Positions 37,654 to 47,472 of a stretch of DNA of 64,000 nucleotides are shown here, one piece after another (within the stretch, counting starts at the first letter, position 1; every line of letters begins with the position of its first letter). Below the pieces are notes generated by a model that did no database searches, had not been told where the DNA came from, and saw nothing but the letters and a program-made list of their open reading frames with translations. Both the position numbers and the translations under genes were made by a program. The stretch is taken from UHGV virus genome UHGV-0038496; one strand, given 5' to 3'. The stretch is from a virus.

Positions 37654-38172
37654 ATGACCTGTGCTCGCAAGCCAGATAGTGAACGTAAACCCTATGATGA
37701 GTATGTCACCCCACAATATTTAGCGGATGCACTGTTTGAACTGATTGACTTCCCTGACCACTTCACATTCATGGAGCCATGCAGAAACAGTGCAACAGGG
37801 CCGTTCTACAGTAATATGCCGTTAGGTTCAGCCTGGGGTGAGATTCAGGAAGGTGTAGACTACCTTGAAACAGATTATCCACATGTTAACTGCATTGTGA
37901 CCAACCCGCCATTCTCTAAAGCCAAAGAGTTTATTGAGAAAGGCATGGACGATGCTGATGTGGTGATCATGTTACTCCGTCTTAACTTCCTTGAGTCAAA
38001 GACACGTTATGAGTGGTGGCAAACTCACCAACCCACAACGATAATCACCATTGCCAAGCGTCCATCCTTCCAGGAGAACGGCAGAACCGATGGTCAGGCC
38101 TATGCCTTCTTTGTGTGGGATAAACAGGACCTGCTGAAACTTCCACCATTTATGTGGATAGGGCCAGAATAA
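37654..38172 (+). CDS. putative DNA methyltransferase-like protein (NPPF motif)
   Basis: VTNPPFS motif IV-like and EPCRNSATGPF motif I-like; short (172 aa). Confidence 0.35.
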   Translation: MTCARKPDSERKPYDEYVTPQYLADALFELIDFPDHFTFMEPCRNSATGPFYSNMPLGSAWGEIQEGVDYLETDYPHVNCIVTNPPFSKAKEFIEKGMDDADVVIMLLRLNFLESKTRYEWWQTHQPTTIITIAKRPSFQENGRTDGQAYAFFVWDKQDLLKLPPFMWIGPE

Positions 38173-38450
38173 TGAACGCCAGAGATACGCTACACAACCT
38201 AGCCAAAAAAGCTCCTATAACACTCCCAAAAGAGATGAACGAGCTTTATGATGCAGTTGTGGCTACAGCCAAAGAAAAGGCGGTTGCAGGCTTCTTTGGC
38301 TGCTCATTTACGCTGAAAATACCTGAGCATCTGTCAGATTACATTCCTCACATGATAGCTGACCTAAGATCTGGCGGCATATCTGTAGATGTGATCGGGA
38401 TGAATCCAGAAAAAGATGCCGTATTTGTGTTTTTGATGTTGACATGGTAA
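38172..38450 (+). CDS. hypothetical protein
   Basis: Start at ATG overlapping upstream stop (TAATG). Confidence 0.4.
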   Translation: MNARDTLHNLAKKAPITLPKEMNELYDAVVATAKEKAVAGFFGCSFTLKIPEHLSDYIPHMIADLRSGGISVDVIGMNPEKDAVFVFLMLTW

Positions 38451-38487
38451 GAGAGGTGTGCTACTATTCACAACATCGGAGGTGCTT

Positions 38488-38718
38488 ATGGCTTACGTTA
38501 AATTCAATATCTGGTTCCGCAAAAACAAACACTATACAGAGCTGTTCATCACACAAGGTGAAAAGCCTGAGGGGAATGGTTGGTGGTGCCGTGAGATGCT
38601 GCGTAAGGATGAGCACTTCAAAAGGCTGATTGGCATGATTCCGGCTGATGAAATTTATGATCTGGATCATGGCAGAGATGTGTTAGATTTAATAAAATAC
38701 ATGAACACTTGGAAATAA
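38488..38718 (+). CDS. hypothetical protein
   Basis: Start at ATG after GGAGGTG. Confidence 0.45.
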   Translation: MAYVKFNIWFRKNKHYTELFITQGEKPEGNGWWCREMLRKDEHFKRLIGMIPADEIYDLDHGRDVLDLIKYMNTWK

Positions 38719-38730
38719 CAGGAGTCCACG

Positions 38731-39141
38731 ATGAAAATCGAAATCGTAACAGGTGAGAGCGGTAAGAAAGAAGTGAACGGTGAATTCGCCACAGTGGTGA
38801 AAGACACAATGTTCGAGAAAACTCATTTCGGTGAAAGTGTTGTTGGTGACACTGTTCAGGTGATGGGTTTTGTACCTAAAGGTGCAACAATCCTGATCCT
38901 TGTAGCAGGTCAGGAACCTATGGAAGGTACTGTTGGCACAGACGGATACATCTGCATGACTGAACACCCTCGTATGCAGATGGAAGATAGTGCAGGCAAT
39001 CGTATCGGTTGCAAATTTGATGAAGTGGCTCTGATTTATGCAGAAGACCCTGAAAACTGCGAAAAAGAAGATATCATTGTTGGTAACGAACTCTTTGCTA
39101 TTGAAGAGTTGTCAATGGTAGCTCCGAAAACAGTTCAGTAA
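38731..39141 (+). CDS. hypothetical protein
   Basis: 136 aa, ACAGGAG RBS. Confidence 0.5.
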   Translation: MKIEIVTGESGKKEVNGEFATVVKDTMFEKTHFGESVVGDTVQVMGFVPKGATILILVAGQEPMEGTVGTDGYICMTEHPRMQMEDSAGNRIGCKFDEVALIYAEDPENCEKEDIIVGNELFAIEELSMVAPKTVQ

Positions 39142-39182
39142 GTTTCTTTAGCCTGCCAGGGATGGCCTTTCAGGAGGTTTAA

Positions 39183-39416
39183 ATGAAAGTTAAATTCCTT
39201 ACCGACCACGGTTACCCATCCCTTTGTGATTGTGTTGGCAAAATTGTCCCCTGTAAACGCTTGACAACCGATCCAACAATTGTTATAATCCGTGGTGTTG
39301 ACTTACTGGAGGCAGGTGCAAAAGAGGGAAGAATATCTCCCGGATACACCTACTACATGTCCCTTCTGCCACTCCCAGAGCATGGCGGCTTGGGGTTCGA
39401 AATAGTTGAGGAGTGA
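39183..39416 (+). CDS. hypothetical protein
   Basis: 77 aa, CAGGAGG RBS. Confidence 0.45.
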   Translation: MKVKFLTDHGYPSLCDCVGKIVPCKRLTTDPTIVIIRGVDLLEAGAKEGRISPGYTYYMSLLPLPEHGGLGFEIVEE

Positions 39417-39421
39417 CCACT

Positions 39422-39928
39422 ATGAGCAAGCTACTGTACACTTGGAAAGACTTTTACGTATCACCGGATAAGATCCACACATATTATTACTATGCTTCAG
39501 GAAAACATACTGAAGCAGATGTAAAACGTCATCAAATCATGATGGCTAAAGCTAAATATGCTTACTTTATCGCTGGTGTTTCTGAGGCAGTAGCTGCTTT
39601 TGTATCTTGCATGGATAAAGCGTTCGATGATAATACGCTTTACTTTGTTGAAGGTGAGGAAACAGGCCATCCAGAGCGCCGGGTAACACCATTCACTCTC
39701 GAAGGTCATGACCTGCCTGTTAAAATTGCTGTGAATTGGTATGATGGCTACAATGAATGTGGTCTGTATTCTTACAAAACTGTAGAAATAGAAGAGGAAG
39801 GACTCCTAACTAAAGCTGAGCGAGATTACATTGCAAGATTTATCTCTGAAGTGTTTGAAGAGTGTATGCGTGCTCATCACAGAAAAGCTCGTGATCGGAT
39901 GATCCGCAATATGGCAGAATTTAAATAG
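39422..39928 (+). CDS. hypothetical protein
   Basis: Start at ATG after GAGGAG. Confidence 0.5.
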   Translation: MSKLLYTWKDFYVSPDKIHTYYYYASGKHTEADVKRHQIMMAKAKYAYFIAGVSEAVAAFVSCMDKAFDDNTLYFVEGEETGHPERRVTPFTLEGHDLPVKIAVNWYDGYNECGLYSYKTVEIEEEGLLTKAERDYIARFISEVFEECMRAHHRKARDRMIRNMAEFK

Positions 39929-39939
39929 GAGTTGACACA

Positions 39940-40158
39940 ATGGGCATTGTTGAGCTATATTTCGGGGTAGCAGGATTGCTAATGATTGTTCTGGCAATTC
40001 TGTGTCTGAAGACTAAACGTCGGATCGATGGTGATGACGTTCACAATATCCTTGGGTTGGCAGGACTGTGGCCTTTCCTGTTCCTGGGTTTACTGATCGG
40101 CGTAATCGATTGGGTTAAGAATATGCGTAAGTTGAGAGGAGGTGGTGATGGAAGATAA
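39940..40158 (+). CDS. small membrane protein
   Basis: 72 aa, two hydrophobic helices, AGGAG RBS. Confidence 0.45.
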   Translation: MGIVELYFGVAGLLMIVLAILCLKTKRRIDGDDVHNILGLAGLWPFLFLGLLIGVIDWVKNMRKLRGGGDGR

Positions 40159-40315
40159 TATTCATGCCCAATTGCTGTGGCAAGTTCTCCACATCATAAA
40201 AGACCACAGAAACAATGCTGAAACGTTGGCTGATCAAATGTTGTTGCAAAACTTGCTGCATGAAGTTGTTGAACTGATCGAAGAGGTTGACCATGGGCCA
40301 AGCAATGCTGGTTGA
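40148..40315 (+). CDS. hypothetical small protein
   Basis: 55 aa ORF below track cutoff; GAGAGGAGG RBS; overlaps neighbours. Confidence 0.3.
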   Translation: MEDNIHAQLLWQVLHIIKDHRNNAETLADQMLLQNLLHEVVELIEEVDHGPSNAG

Positions 40316-40389
40316 GATGTTGACTGGGGTGTGCCTGTTCTTTGTTATCTTAGCGGGTGCAATTATCCTTTATCACAAACTGAAAGAGG

Positions 40390-40602
40390 ATGATGAAGAT
40401 GATTGACATTTCAAAGATTAATCCTGACAACATGTCTCTTGAACAGGCCAAAGAGTATATGCACCAGCTAATAGATGTGTGGGAGATGGACTACCGCGCC
40501 CACAACGTTGAGCATGGTGATGAATCTTGGCCTATGATCCGTTCTAATTGGGACTGGATTGATGATTTTAACTTCTTTTTGACTTTCGGCAAGGAGGATT
40601 AG
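40390..40602 (+). CDS. hypothetical protein
   Basis: 70 aa, AGAGGA RBS. Confidence 0.45.
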   Translation: MMKMIDISKINPDNMSLEQAKEYMHQLIDVWEMDYRAHNVEHGDESWPMIRSNWDWIDDFNFFLTFGKED

Positions 40603-41058
40603 ATGTTTGTGAAGTACGTCAGGTCTGGTCTTGAGAATCTGGATAAGAAGCACTGGATGATGCTCCTTGAGGCTGGTAAGATTGAAACGACAACTGGTGT
40701 GATTAAACTTTCACCATCAATTGACCATACCAAAGAGGTTCTTAGCATTTATGATTCTGAGGCGAATACACATTATTCTGTGTCAATGAATCGACTCATT
40801 GTGACTCGTGGTTCTGGAGGTAGCACAAAAGACTACGCTTTCGATGTGGTTACGGAGAAAGACGAAGGATCTGATAGTTTTAAAATGGCTGTCCATGATA
40901 TGAATCGCTCAGTTGAGCGTATCCTGAAAGCTCTGCCTGAATCACGTTCTGAAAAGATTCGTAAAATTGTTAACAATAAGGTCAACTGGGTAGTTCTTGC
41001 CATCGTGATAGTGCAATTAATGCTTATTTTACACCACGTAGAGCTACTCTTTGAATAA
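40603..41058 (+). CDS. hypothetical protein (C-terminal membrane anchor)
   Basis: 151 aa, AAGGAGG RBS, hydrophobic C-terminus. Confidence 0.5.
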   Translation: MFVKYVRSGLENLDKKHWMMLLEAGKIETTTGVIKLSPSIDHTKEVLSIYDSEANTHYSVSMNRLIVTRGSGGSTKDYAFDVVTEKDEGSDSFKMAVHDMNRSVERILKALPESRSEKIRKIVNNKVNWVVLAIVIVQLMLILHHVELLFE

Positions 41059-41190
41059 ATGTTACACAAGGATGTGTAAGAGGAGATGGTAACATGAAAA
41101 ATTCATTAAGGAGTTGGCAGAGGGGGTGTACTGGTTTGCGTTCGGTGCAGTGTTAGGTCTTCTGTTTGTTGAAGCTATGAGGCTCATTGT

Positions 41191-41580
41191 ATGAAAAATT
41201 TTCTGTTCAGTGTTGCTTTCGCCAAGTGTATGCTTGCTTTAGGTATCCTTCTGTTTTGCGGATTAGGCCTAGGATTCATTATTCATACACTGGGTGAAGA
41301 TTATAAAGATCAGGAGGCTTACGCTTGCCAGGTTGCAACGTACACGCTCCAACAAAGTGGCTACGAAGAAGTCTGTGTTGAAGCGACAATTGATGAAAAG
41401 TTGACTAAGAACAAAGATTTCTTCCACGGTTATGCTATTCTTTCTTCTGGTGAAGAGATAGAGTTCTGGCTTTATATGGATGAAGACCAGGCTCAGATGA
41501 GAATGGAAGCTCCAGCCGCCAGTGATCCGGTAACGGAACCTGAGCGGTACTCTGGGCCAGCAGATGGGGTTCGTATATGA
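41191..41580 (+). CDS. hypothetical membrane-anchored protein
   Basis: 129 aa with N-terminal hydrophobic segment. Confidence 0.45.
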   Translation: MKNFLFSVAFAKCMLALGILLFCGLGLGFIIHTLGEDYKDQEAYACQVATYTLQQSGYEEVCVEATIDEKLTKNKDFFHGYAILSSGEEIEFWLYMDEDQAQMRMEAPAASDPVTEPERYSGPADGVRI

Positions 41581-41780
41581 CAAAAGAGCAATTTGAGGTA
41601 TTCCAACGCATTTTTGACGAACTGGATCGGGATATCGTAGCTCGTCGCTACAACCCAACAATGGAGTCTCCTCTGGAAGATATGTTGCGTCAGCAGGGTT
41701 TTGACGTTGCATATGATGCCATTATGGATATCTACCACCAGATGTTGAAGGAGGAAGACAATGCTGTGGATCCATCATAG
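41577..41780 (+). CDS. hypothetical protein
   Basis: 67 aa; ATGA overlap. Confidence 0.4.
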   Translation: MTKEQFEVFQRIFDELDRDIVARRYNPTMESPLEDMLRQQGFDVAYDAIMDIYHQMLKEEDNAVDPS

Positions 41781-42069
41781 TGACGGTACACTTTTCTACA
41801 CGGCAGGTGTCCGTTATGAGACAGAAGAAAACGGGAAAACAATTATTATAAAAACATTTGACAAGGACGGTAAACTTCTGTTAGAATTGCCATACAAGGT
41901 CGGAGAGGTTGAGTCAGTAGAGATTGACATTGAAGAACATGACAATCCTTTGAAGAAACCTGGCCTTGGAAAGAACTCTCAGGCACATCTCATGCAGATG
42001 TTTAATGCAGATGATGAAGCTGGGGAATCTAAGAAAACAGCAAAAAGAAAAGGTAGAGGTAGACGCTGA
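41761..42069 (+). CDS. hypothetical protein
   Basis: 102 aa; AGGAGG RBS; basic C-terminal tail. Confidence 0.45.
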   Translation: MLWIHHSDGTLFYTAGVRYETEENGKTIIIKTFDKDGKLLLELPYKVGEVESVEIDIEEHDNPLKKPGLGKNSQAHLMQMFNADDEAGESKKTAKRKGRGRR

Positions 42070-42266
42070 TGGCTAACGAATTTAAATATGACACTTATTA
42101 CTTCAACAAGCAGAACGGCCTGTATTACATCGTGCACTCAGACGCTCCTGGTGTTGTAATGGTGTGCAGACCTGAAAATATAAGTAAGGGTAAGGCTTCT
42201 GCTTTCACGCAGGATCTTATGATAAAAGCTATTCAAATAGGTATTTTTGAAGAGGAGATCTTCTGA
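42069..42266 (+). CDS. hypothetical protein
   Basis: 65 aa ORF. Confidence 0.4.
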   Translation: MANEFKYDTYYFNKQNGLYYIVHSDAPGVVMVCRPENISKGKASAFTQDLMIKAIQIGIFEEEIF

Positions 42267-42460
42267 TGCCTACAGAAACAACTTTCATCATATCTGGTCG
42301 TATGTCTGTTGACGAAGACTGGCATTTGGTCAGGGTTCTTGTTTTTAAAGAAGGCACGACTCCTGAGTACATCCGTGATACTCTTGATGACGCTGGTGCC
42401 CTCTATAGCCGGACGTGGCGCTATGTGAAGCTGGAGGAGGTTACAGATGTGGCTCTTTAA
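42266..42460 (+). CDS. hypothetical protein
   Basis: 64 aa ORF, GAAGAGGAG RBS. Confidence 0.4.
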   Translation: MPTETTFIISGRMSVDEDWHLVRVLVFKEGTTPEYIRDTLDDAGALYSRTWRYVKLEEVTDVAL

Positions 42461-42716
42461 CTGGTGGCAGAAACGTAAATTCCACACAGTAGCTTATTGC
42501 CGCTGGAGTATAGAGTGGCTTGATGAGAGCGGCATGAAAATACCTGGAGATGCTGACACAGGTTTCTGGCTCTTCCAGGAGAACGGTTATGGTGAACGTC
42601 GTTTCTGCACCACAACTAAACCTTGTGGAATATCCCGCATTCCAGGGTATGCTCAGTGCGAGCTTTGGGTTGAAACAGGTATTTATCCAGCAGGTGCACA
42701 GCTGGTGGGAGGGTGA
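42447..42716 (+). CDS. hypothetical protein
   Basis: 89 aa, GGAGGAGG RBS, Trp/Cys-rich. Confidence 0.45.
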   Translation: MWLFNWWQKRKFHTVAYCRWSIEWLDESGMKIPGDADTGFWLFQENGYGERRFCTTTKPCGISRIPGYAQCELWVETGIYPAGAQLVGG

Positions 42717-42719
42717 CCG

Positions 42720-42983
42720 ATGGAAGTGGAATTTAAAATCTTCTTTGATGGTGTATGGTGGAGAGCACAGGTGAAGAAAGTTCACTTTGGCTTTATACCA
42801 ATGTGGCATGATATCTGGCTAAACGGTCAGCGTAAATGGCACGCTGAAGAACAGGCCGTTTGGGCTGCTGATTGCTACTTGAAAGACAGAGCTTTAACAG
42901 AGCAAGGTGCACAGTATTACACTGCTGACCAGATTCATGCTAAAGCTCATATGCCTAAGGCAGCACCGCCAAAAAAGCCGTAA
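42720..42983 (+). CDS. hypothetical protein
   Basis: 87 aa, GGGAGGG RBS. Confidence 0.45.
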   Translation: MEVEFKIFFDGVWWRAQVKKVHFGFIPMWHDIWLNGQRKWHAEEQAVWAADCYLKDRALTEQGAQYYTADQIHAKAHMPKAAPPKKP

Positions 42984-43055
42984 AGGACGATAAACCACGT
43001 CCACCTGAACCACCACAACCAATTATCCGCTATGAAGGCTGGTAAGGAGAGAGTT

Positions 43056-43331
43056 ATGCGTCATGTTCGTTTACTTGATGGCCTCGATGACGATCCGGTA
43101 GTAAACCGGGTAGCTGAATTAGTCAATAAGATGATGGAATACCAATACCGTTTGTCAAACGGCACATTCCGCATGTTCCGACGCAAAGATGCACAACGTA
43201 TGGAAGAGACGGTTGAGAAAATCCGTCGCCATATAGGCATACTGCTGGGTAAAGTTTATCCAGGTGGTGGCTACTGGGAGGTAACTGGGGTGCCGGATAC
43301 TCGTATCTTGCTCATGTATGTAGATGAGTAG
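43056..43331 (+). CDS. hypothetical protein
   Basis: Start at ATG after AAGGAGAG. Confidence 0.45.
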   Translation: MRHVRLLDGLDDDPVVNRVAELVNKMMEYQYRLSNGTFRMFRRKDAQRMEETVEKIRRHIGILLGKVYPGGGYWEVTGVPDTRILLMYVDE

Positions 43332-43340
43332 AGGTGGGTT

Positions 43341-43703
43341 ATGGTTATCGAGACAGTAATCCCTTCTGACTTCATGTATCAATTTTACATGGAGTACAGG
43401 AGCTGGGCATGGGGAGGTGCTAAAGACACTGATCCTGTGTTCCAGGATCATCGCGGTTTATGTGGTAACCTGGCTGAGTATGCCTCTTATCAAGGTCTTG
43501 ATACAGAGACGTACCATCAGCTCCAGGAAGAGCTGGAAACTGCTCTGGAAAAAGTTTATGGTGACACACAATTTCCGTTTGACAACGGGGATGCATACGT
43601 GTATTATAGTCGTAAGAACAAACACCTCAACGTTATGAGGATGTTGTTTGTAGATGCCATGATTCTGAACTATGAGGAGGCCCACAGAGGTGAATCTCTA
43701 TAA
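43341..43703 (+). CDS. hypothetical protein
   Basis: 120 aa, AGAGGTGGG RBS. Confidence 0.45.
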   Translation: MVIETVIPSDFMYQFYMEYRSWAWGGAKDTDPVFQDHRGLCGNLAEYASYQGLDTETYHQLQEELETALEKVYGDTQFPFDNGDAYVYYSRKNKHLNVMRMLFVDAMILNYEEAHRGESL

Positions 43704-44076
43704 AATAACTGCGCTGGTGGAAGATGCCTGGGATGTTGAGGATGACCACCAGAAAAGAAAACGTGTAATTGGCTACGCCATTGCGGGGGATGGTGTCTCT
43801 GCTGGCTGGTTAGCCGGATATTTATTTGCAAGATCGAATTTCGACCGTGGATATCAACGTGGTGGGTTTAATGGTAAAGTCCACGTAGATTTTGAAAAAA
43901 TTGACTTGACAACAGCACCTGAAGTGTTTATAATCAAACATCCTGATAGCAGATCTCCTTACTATTGGGACAATGATAAAAAACAGTGGACACCAGATAA
44001 AAACTGTGCTACAATGCTTAAAAATAGCAATCTTGATGACATGCCTCCGTATGGCAAAATTGAGATTAAAAAGTAG
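43690..44076 (+). CDS. hypothetical protein
   Basis: GTG start after GAGGAGG. Confidence 0.4.
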   Translation: MNLYKITALVEDAWDVEDDHQKRKRVIGYAIAGDGVSAGWLAGYLFARSNFDRGYQRGGFNGKVHVDFEKIDLTTAPEVFIIKHPDSRSPYYWDNDKKQWTPDKNCATMLKNSNLDDMPPYGKIEIKK

Positions 44077-44105
44077 TTGACAACACGATTTGAATCTGGT
44101 ATAGT
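44077..44105 (+). promoter_or_regulatory. sigma70-like promoter
   Basis: TTGACA-17-TATAGT. Confidence 0.5.
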
Positions 44106-44134
44106 TACCACATCAAAACAAAGAGGGTGCCAAG

Positions 44135-44395
44135 ATGAAACAAGAACTCGTTATCGACAACAACGGTGCATTCGGCCTTATCGCTGGTGTAGATTACGTT
44201 GAAGAAAGTATGGACCAATCTTGTCCTGGGGTACTTCCGGTACGTGGTGAACTCCATGCGGAAGATGGTGAGTTGAAAGCAGTACTCGAAGCATTACGCT
44301 TCGATCCTCAAGACGGACTTTCTCCTTTGGAACACGCCAAAGCGGTTCGTCAACTGGCCGACGCGCTCATTAAACTGGCGCAAGGTCACTTTTAA
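44135..44395 (+). CDS. hypothetical protein
   Basis: 86 aa, AGAGGG RBS. Confidence 0.45.
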   Translation: MKQELVIDNNGAFGLIAGVDYVEESMDQSCPGVLPVRGELHAEDGELKAVLEALRFDPQDGLSPLEHAKAVRQLADALIKLAQGHF

Positions 44396-44769
44396 TTAAC
44401 TAACTGGAGATTGCACTTATGGCATGTGGCAAAAAAGGTGGTTGTAAAGGAAAAGGTAAAGGGAAAGGTAAAAAATAATTTACCTCTTTTCCGAATTTTA
44501 ACTTTACACGAGCAGCAAGATGGTGTAGTATGTACGACATGATTTTGATGTTTCTCATCTATACTTTTCTTGTCTGTGGAATCATTGGAGGGCTGGACTT
44601 TGTAATCCAGCTCCTCCGTGAACACTACAAACAAGATAAATAACTACCAACTAAGGAGAATATGTAATGCGTTTAGAGATAGCTTGTCTGTTAATTATGA
44701 TTTTCTTGATAGCTGTTGTTAACTTCTTAGGCTACGGCTATTAATTCTACCCAAAAAGAGGACCTTCTG

Positions 44770-45042
44770 ATGAAAATTAAATTACTGAACACTGAAATTG
44801 CTGATCCAATCCATGGCCTGACTGAAGGTATGATCGTAGAAGCTAAAATGCCTACACCGGAAGATGTTGCTCGTGATGCTCTGGGCGACGAAACATTCGA
44901 AGGCATGGGCGAAGCTGAACGTGAAGCTCTGCTCACTATGGTTGAACTGCACCTGCCAGAAGGTATGGCTACTTTTGATGCCCCAGGGAGCGGTGAAAAC
45001 CTGATTGTTTTACCTGAAAACTACGAGGTAGTTGAGGAGTAA
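44770..45042 (+). CDS. hypothetical acidic protein
   Basis: 90 aa, AAGAGGA RBS. Confidence 0.45.
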   Translation: MKIKLLNTEIADPIHGLTEGMIVEAKMPTPEDVARDALGDETFEGMGEAEREALLTMVELHLPEGMATFDAPGSGENLIVLPENYEVVEE

Positions 45043-45215
45043 AGCATGTTAGCGGTCGCTTATCTCTTAACTGTCGTAACAGCACCTGTAGTTCTTGCTT
45101 ATGGTGTCTTTATGGTCACTCAAGCTAAAGTTTTGAAAGAGTTTCTCTGATAAACTTGCAGTTACCTCACTAACTTAGGCACAGCGGATGTGCCCTTTTA
45201 CAAAAGGTACTCACA

Positions 45216-45509
45216 ATGCGCCAACCAGATTTTAAAGTAGTGCTTAAAGGTGTAGACGAAGAAACAGCAAAAATCTTCGGTATCAAAGACGGCGAAATTC
45301 ATGATGCATTTGTCCCAAGTCCGGCAGATGTGTTGAAAGAGATCACTTCTCACGGTGATCCTGATCCTGGTGAAGATGCATTACAGCAGGTCACTCTGAT
45401 GATGATCCTCGAAGGTGTTGTTTTCATTTTCCCGAATGGTGATGAAAGTAACGGTCTGGCTATACCTGGTGATTTCTGGGATGTTGTTGAAGAAGAGGAG
45501 GACGAATAA
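45216..45509 (+). CDS. hypothetical acidic protein
   Basis: 97 aa; similar in composition to 44770 and 45509 ORFs (possible paralog family). Confidence 0.45.
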   Translation: MRQPDFKVVLKGVDEETAKIFGIKDGEIHDAFVPSPADVLKEITSHGDPDPGEDALQQVTLMMILEGVVFIFPNGDESNGLAIPGDFWDVVEEEEDE

Positions 45510-45781
45510 TGAAAATTCGCCTGACTAAAGTTGAAGACGGCATGACTCCTGATGACATGAAAGAAATGGTTGAAGCAACTGGGATGATCAAGGTAGGTGC
45601 GGTGCTTGATGCACACTACCCGGATAAAGAAGAACTGCTTCGCTTGGGTGTCGCAGAAGAAGATGTTGGTATTCTCCTGGTTATGCTGACTCTCGACCAA
45701 GCGATCGTTCTTGAAAATATCCCTGGCTTCGAAGCAGACCCAATGATTGTTTGCGGTGATTGCTACGAAGTAATCGAATAA
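45509..45781 (+). CDS. hypothetical acidic protein
   Basis: 90 aa, GAGGAGG RBS. Confidence 0.45.
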   Translation: MKIRLTKVEDGMTPDDMKEMVEATGMIKVGAVLDAHYPDKEELLRLGVAEEDVGILLVMLTLDQAIVLENIPGFEADPMIVCGDCYEVIE

Positions 45782-45796
45782 CAGGAGGACTCTCCC

Positions 45797-46072
45797 ATGC
45801 TGGTTAAAGTTAGATTGATTGGTGTGGGAGATGTTTTAGCAGAGTACGGGGTTCACGAAGGTGACAAAGTTGTTGGTGAAACTCCTACTAAAGAATCTGT
45901 AGCTAAAGCACTCTCACACGAGGACCTCTCCACTTGTGGATTGACTGAAGATGATATCTTATTCCACATGGTAAGAGACAATGTAATTATCTGTTACTTC
46001 TATCGTAATGGTGCACCAGAAGCCTTCATATTCAAACCTAACCATTATGAACTTTTGGAGATCATACCATGA
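45797..46072 (+). CDS. hypothetical protein
   Basis: 91 aa, CAGGAGG RBS. Confidence 0.45.
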   Translation: MLVKVRLIGVGDVLAEYGVHEGDKVVGETPTKESVAKALSHEDLSTCGLTEDDILFHMVRDNVIICYFYRNGAPEAFIFKPNHYELLEIIP

Positions 46073-46161
46073 ATAAAGAGATGCTGAAATTGTTTTTAGG
46101 AACAATGGCTATTACAGCGGCAGCAGTTATCGCACTTATCATTCTGATCTAAGGGGACTTT

Positions 46162-46419
46162 ATGGTGGTCAGTACATTGACCGCCATTCTTCTGGCAATC
46201 TTGATCCTGTTTATTATTTGCAGGGTTGCCGTAGAATGGTGTAAGATAGAACTTCGTAAACAGGGTTTCAGTGAGTTTGATATCAGCCGTCTGGAACTTC
46301 GTGGTGAACTGTTTGTAGCCTGCCGCTTGTGTAAAGAATACTACTACACAGCGGAAGAAGTTATCCATGCGATTGACGAAGGCTATAAACTTGAAGATAT
46401 CCTGAAAGGTATTCGATAG
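46162..46419 (+). CDS. small membrane protein
   Basis: 85 aa with N-terminal transmembrane helix. Confidence 0.45.
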   Translation: MVVSTLTAILLAILILFIICRVAVEWCKIELRKQGFSEFDISRLELRGELFVACRLCKEYYYTAEEVIHAIDEGYKLEDILKGIR

Positions 46420-46429
46420 GGGGTGGCTT

Positions 46430-46576
46430 GTGGACGTTTCCATGGTAGATATCTATGTCCTGTTGTTGATCTTCGGTGTATCCATTGTACTTGGCGGGAT
46501 ACTTGCTGGGGTATCGTATCTGCTGAAAGTGGCTTGTGACCGGATTCGTGAGGAGTTGAAAAATGACAAACGGTGA
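46430..46576 (+). CDS. hypothetical small membrane protein
   Basis: 48 codons from GTG after AGGGGGTGG; hydrophobic core. Confidence 0.3.
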   Translation: MDVSMVDIYVLLLIFGVSIVLGGILAGVSYLLKVACDRIREELKNDKR

Positions 46577-46781
46577 TTGCTTCGCAGTGAAATGCCTCGG
46601 TGATTACTGGGGGTTCACTAAAGGTGGAATCTACGATGGTTACGTTGTCCACCATCCGAATATTGAAAGTGAGTTAGCTTTCTATACGATTGATGACGAT
46701 GGGGATAGCCGTTACATCTGCCTGAATGTGATTGAATCGCCAGAGTACTTCAAAATCGTAGATATTTTTGATCAGGAGTAG
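46563..46781 (+). CDS. hypothetical protein
   Basis: 72 aa, GAGGAG RBS. Confidence 0.45.
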   Translation: MTNGDCFAVKCLGDYWGFTKGGIYDGYVVHHPNIESELAFYTIDDDGDSRYICLNVIESPEYFKIVDIFDQE

Positions 46782-46785
46782 CACT

Positions 46786-47121
46786 ATGCACTGTAAACAT
46801 TGTGGTCACAAAGTATTAGACGAAGCTGTTATTTGCCCATCTTGTGGGTGCGAATTGAAAGAAAAGACTCAGGTTGGTAAATCGAAATGGGTTGCATGGA
46901 TACTCAGCTTTTTCTTTGGTGGCTGGGGTATTCACCGCTTCTACATGGGCAACCCGATGATTGGTATCATCTATTTGTTAATTAACCTGGCTGGTTGGTT
47001 GGTTACTGGTGGTATTCTCAGTATGTTCTTGTACATCTTCTTAATTTTTGAAGGTATCTACATCATCACTCGTAACGACGAAGACTTCCAGAACATGTGT
47101 GGCAAGAAAGGGGACCTCTAA
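46786..47121 (+). CDS. zinc-ribbon / TM2-domain membrane protein
   Basis: N-terminal CKHCG...CPSCG zinc ribbon; WGIHRFYMGNP...G TM2-like segment. Confidence 0.5.
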   Translation: MHCKHCGHKVLDEAVICPSCGCELKEKTQVGKSKWVAWILSFFFGGWGIHRFYMGNPMIGIIYLLINLAGWLVTGGILSMFLYIFLIFEGIYIITRNDEDFQNMCGKKGDL

Positions 47122-47122
47122 G

Positions 47123-47428
47123 ATGGCACGTACTAAAGTTGAACTGTTTACTTCTCTTCCGGCTGATCCAGCAGAACGTGAACGTCTGCGTAAAACAGTT
47201 GAAGAACTGGTTGATCTCCAGTTGAAAATTAAAGACATGAAGGAAGCAATGAAGGATATCATCAAGGTGGAAAAAGAAGACCACCTGATTTCTCCTAAAT
47301 TCCTGAAGTCACTGGTGGCTACTGAATTTGACCGTCGATTTGAAGCAGAGAAACGTCGTGCAAGACTGGAAGCCGAAGTGGATGCTATGGAAGAGACTGA
47401 TATCCTCTTCAAGCGTTCAGCAGAATAA
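47123..47428 (+). CDS. hypothetical coiled-coil protein
   Basis: Start at ATG after AAAGGGGA; followed by terminator. Confidence 0.45.
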   Translation: MARTKVELFTSLPADPAERERLRKTVEELVDLQLKIKDMKEAMKDIIKVEKEDHLISPKFLKSLVATEFDRRFEAEKRRARLEAEVDAMEETDILFKRSAE

Positions 47429-47431
47429 CCT

Positions 47432-47458
47432 GGAGGGAGCTTCGGCTCCCTTTTTCTT
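47432..47458 (+). terminator. rho-independent terminator
   Basis: GGAGGGAGCTTCGGCTCCC followed by TTTTTCTTT. Confidence 0.6.
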
Positions 47459-47472
47459 TATCTGAGGTTTAC

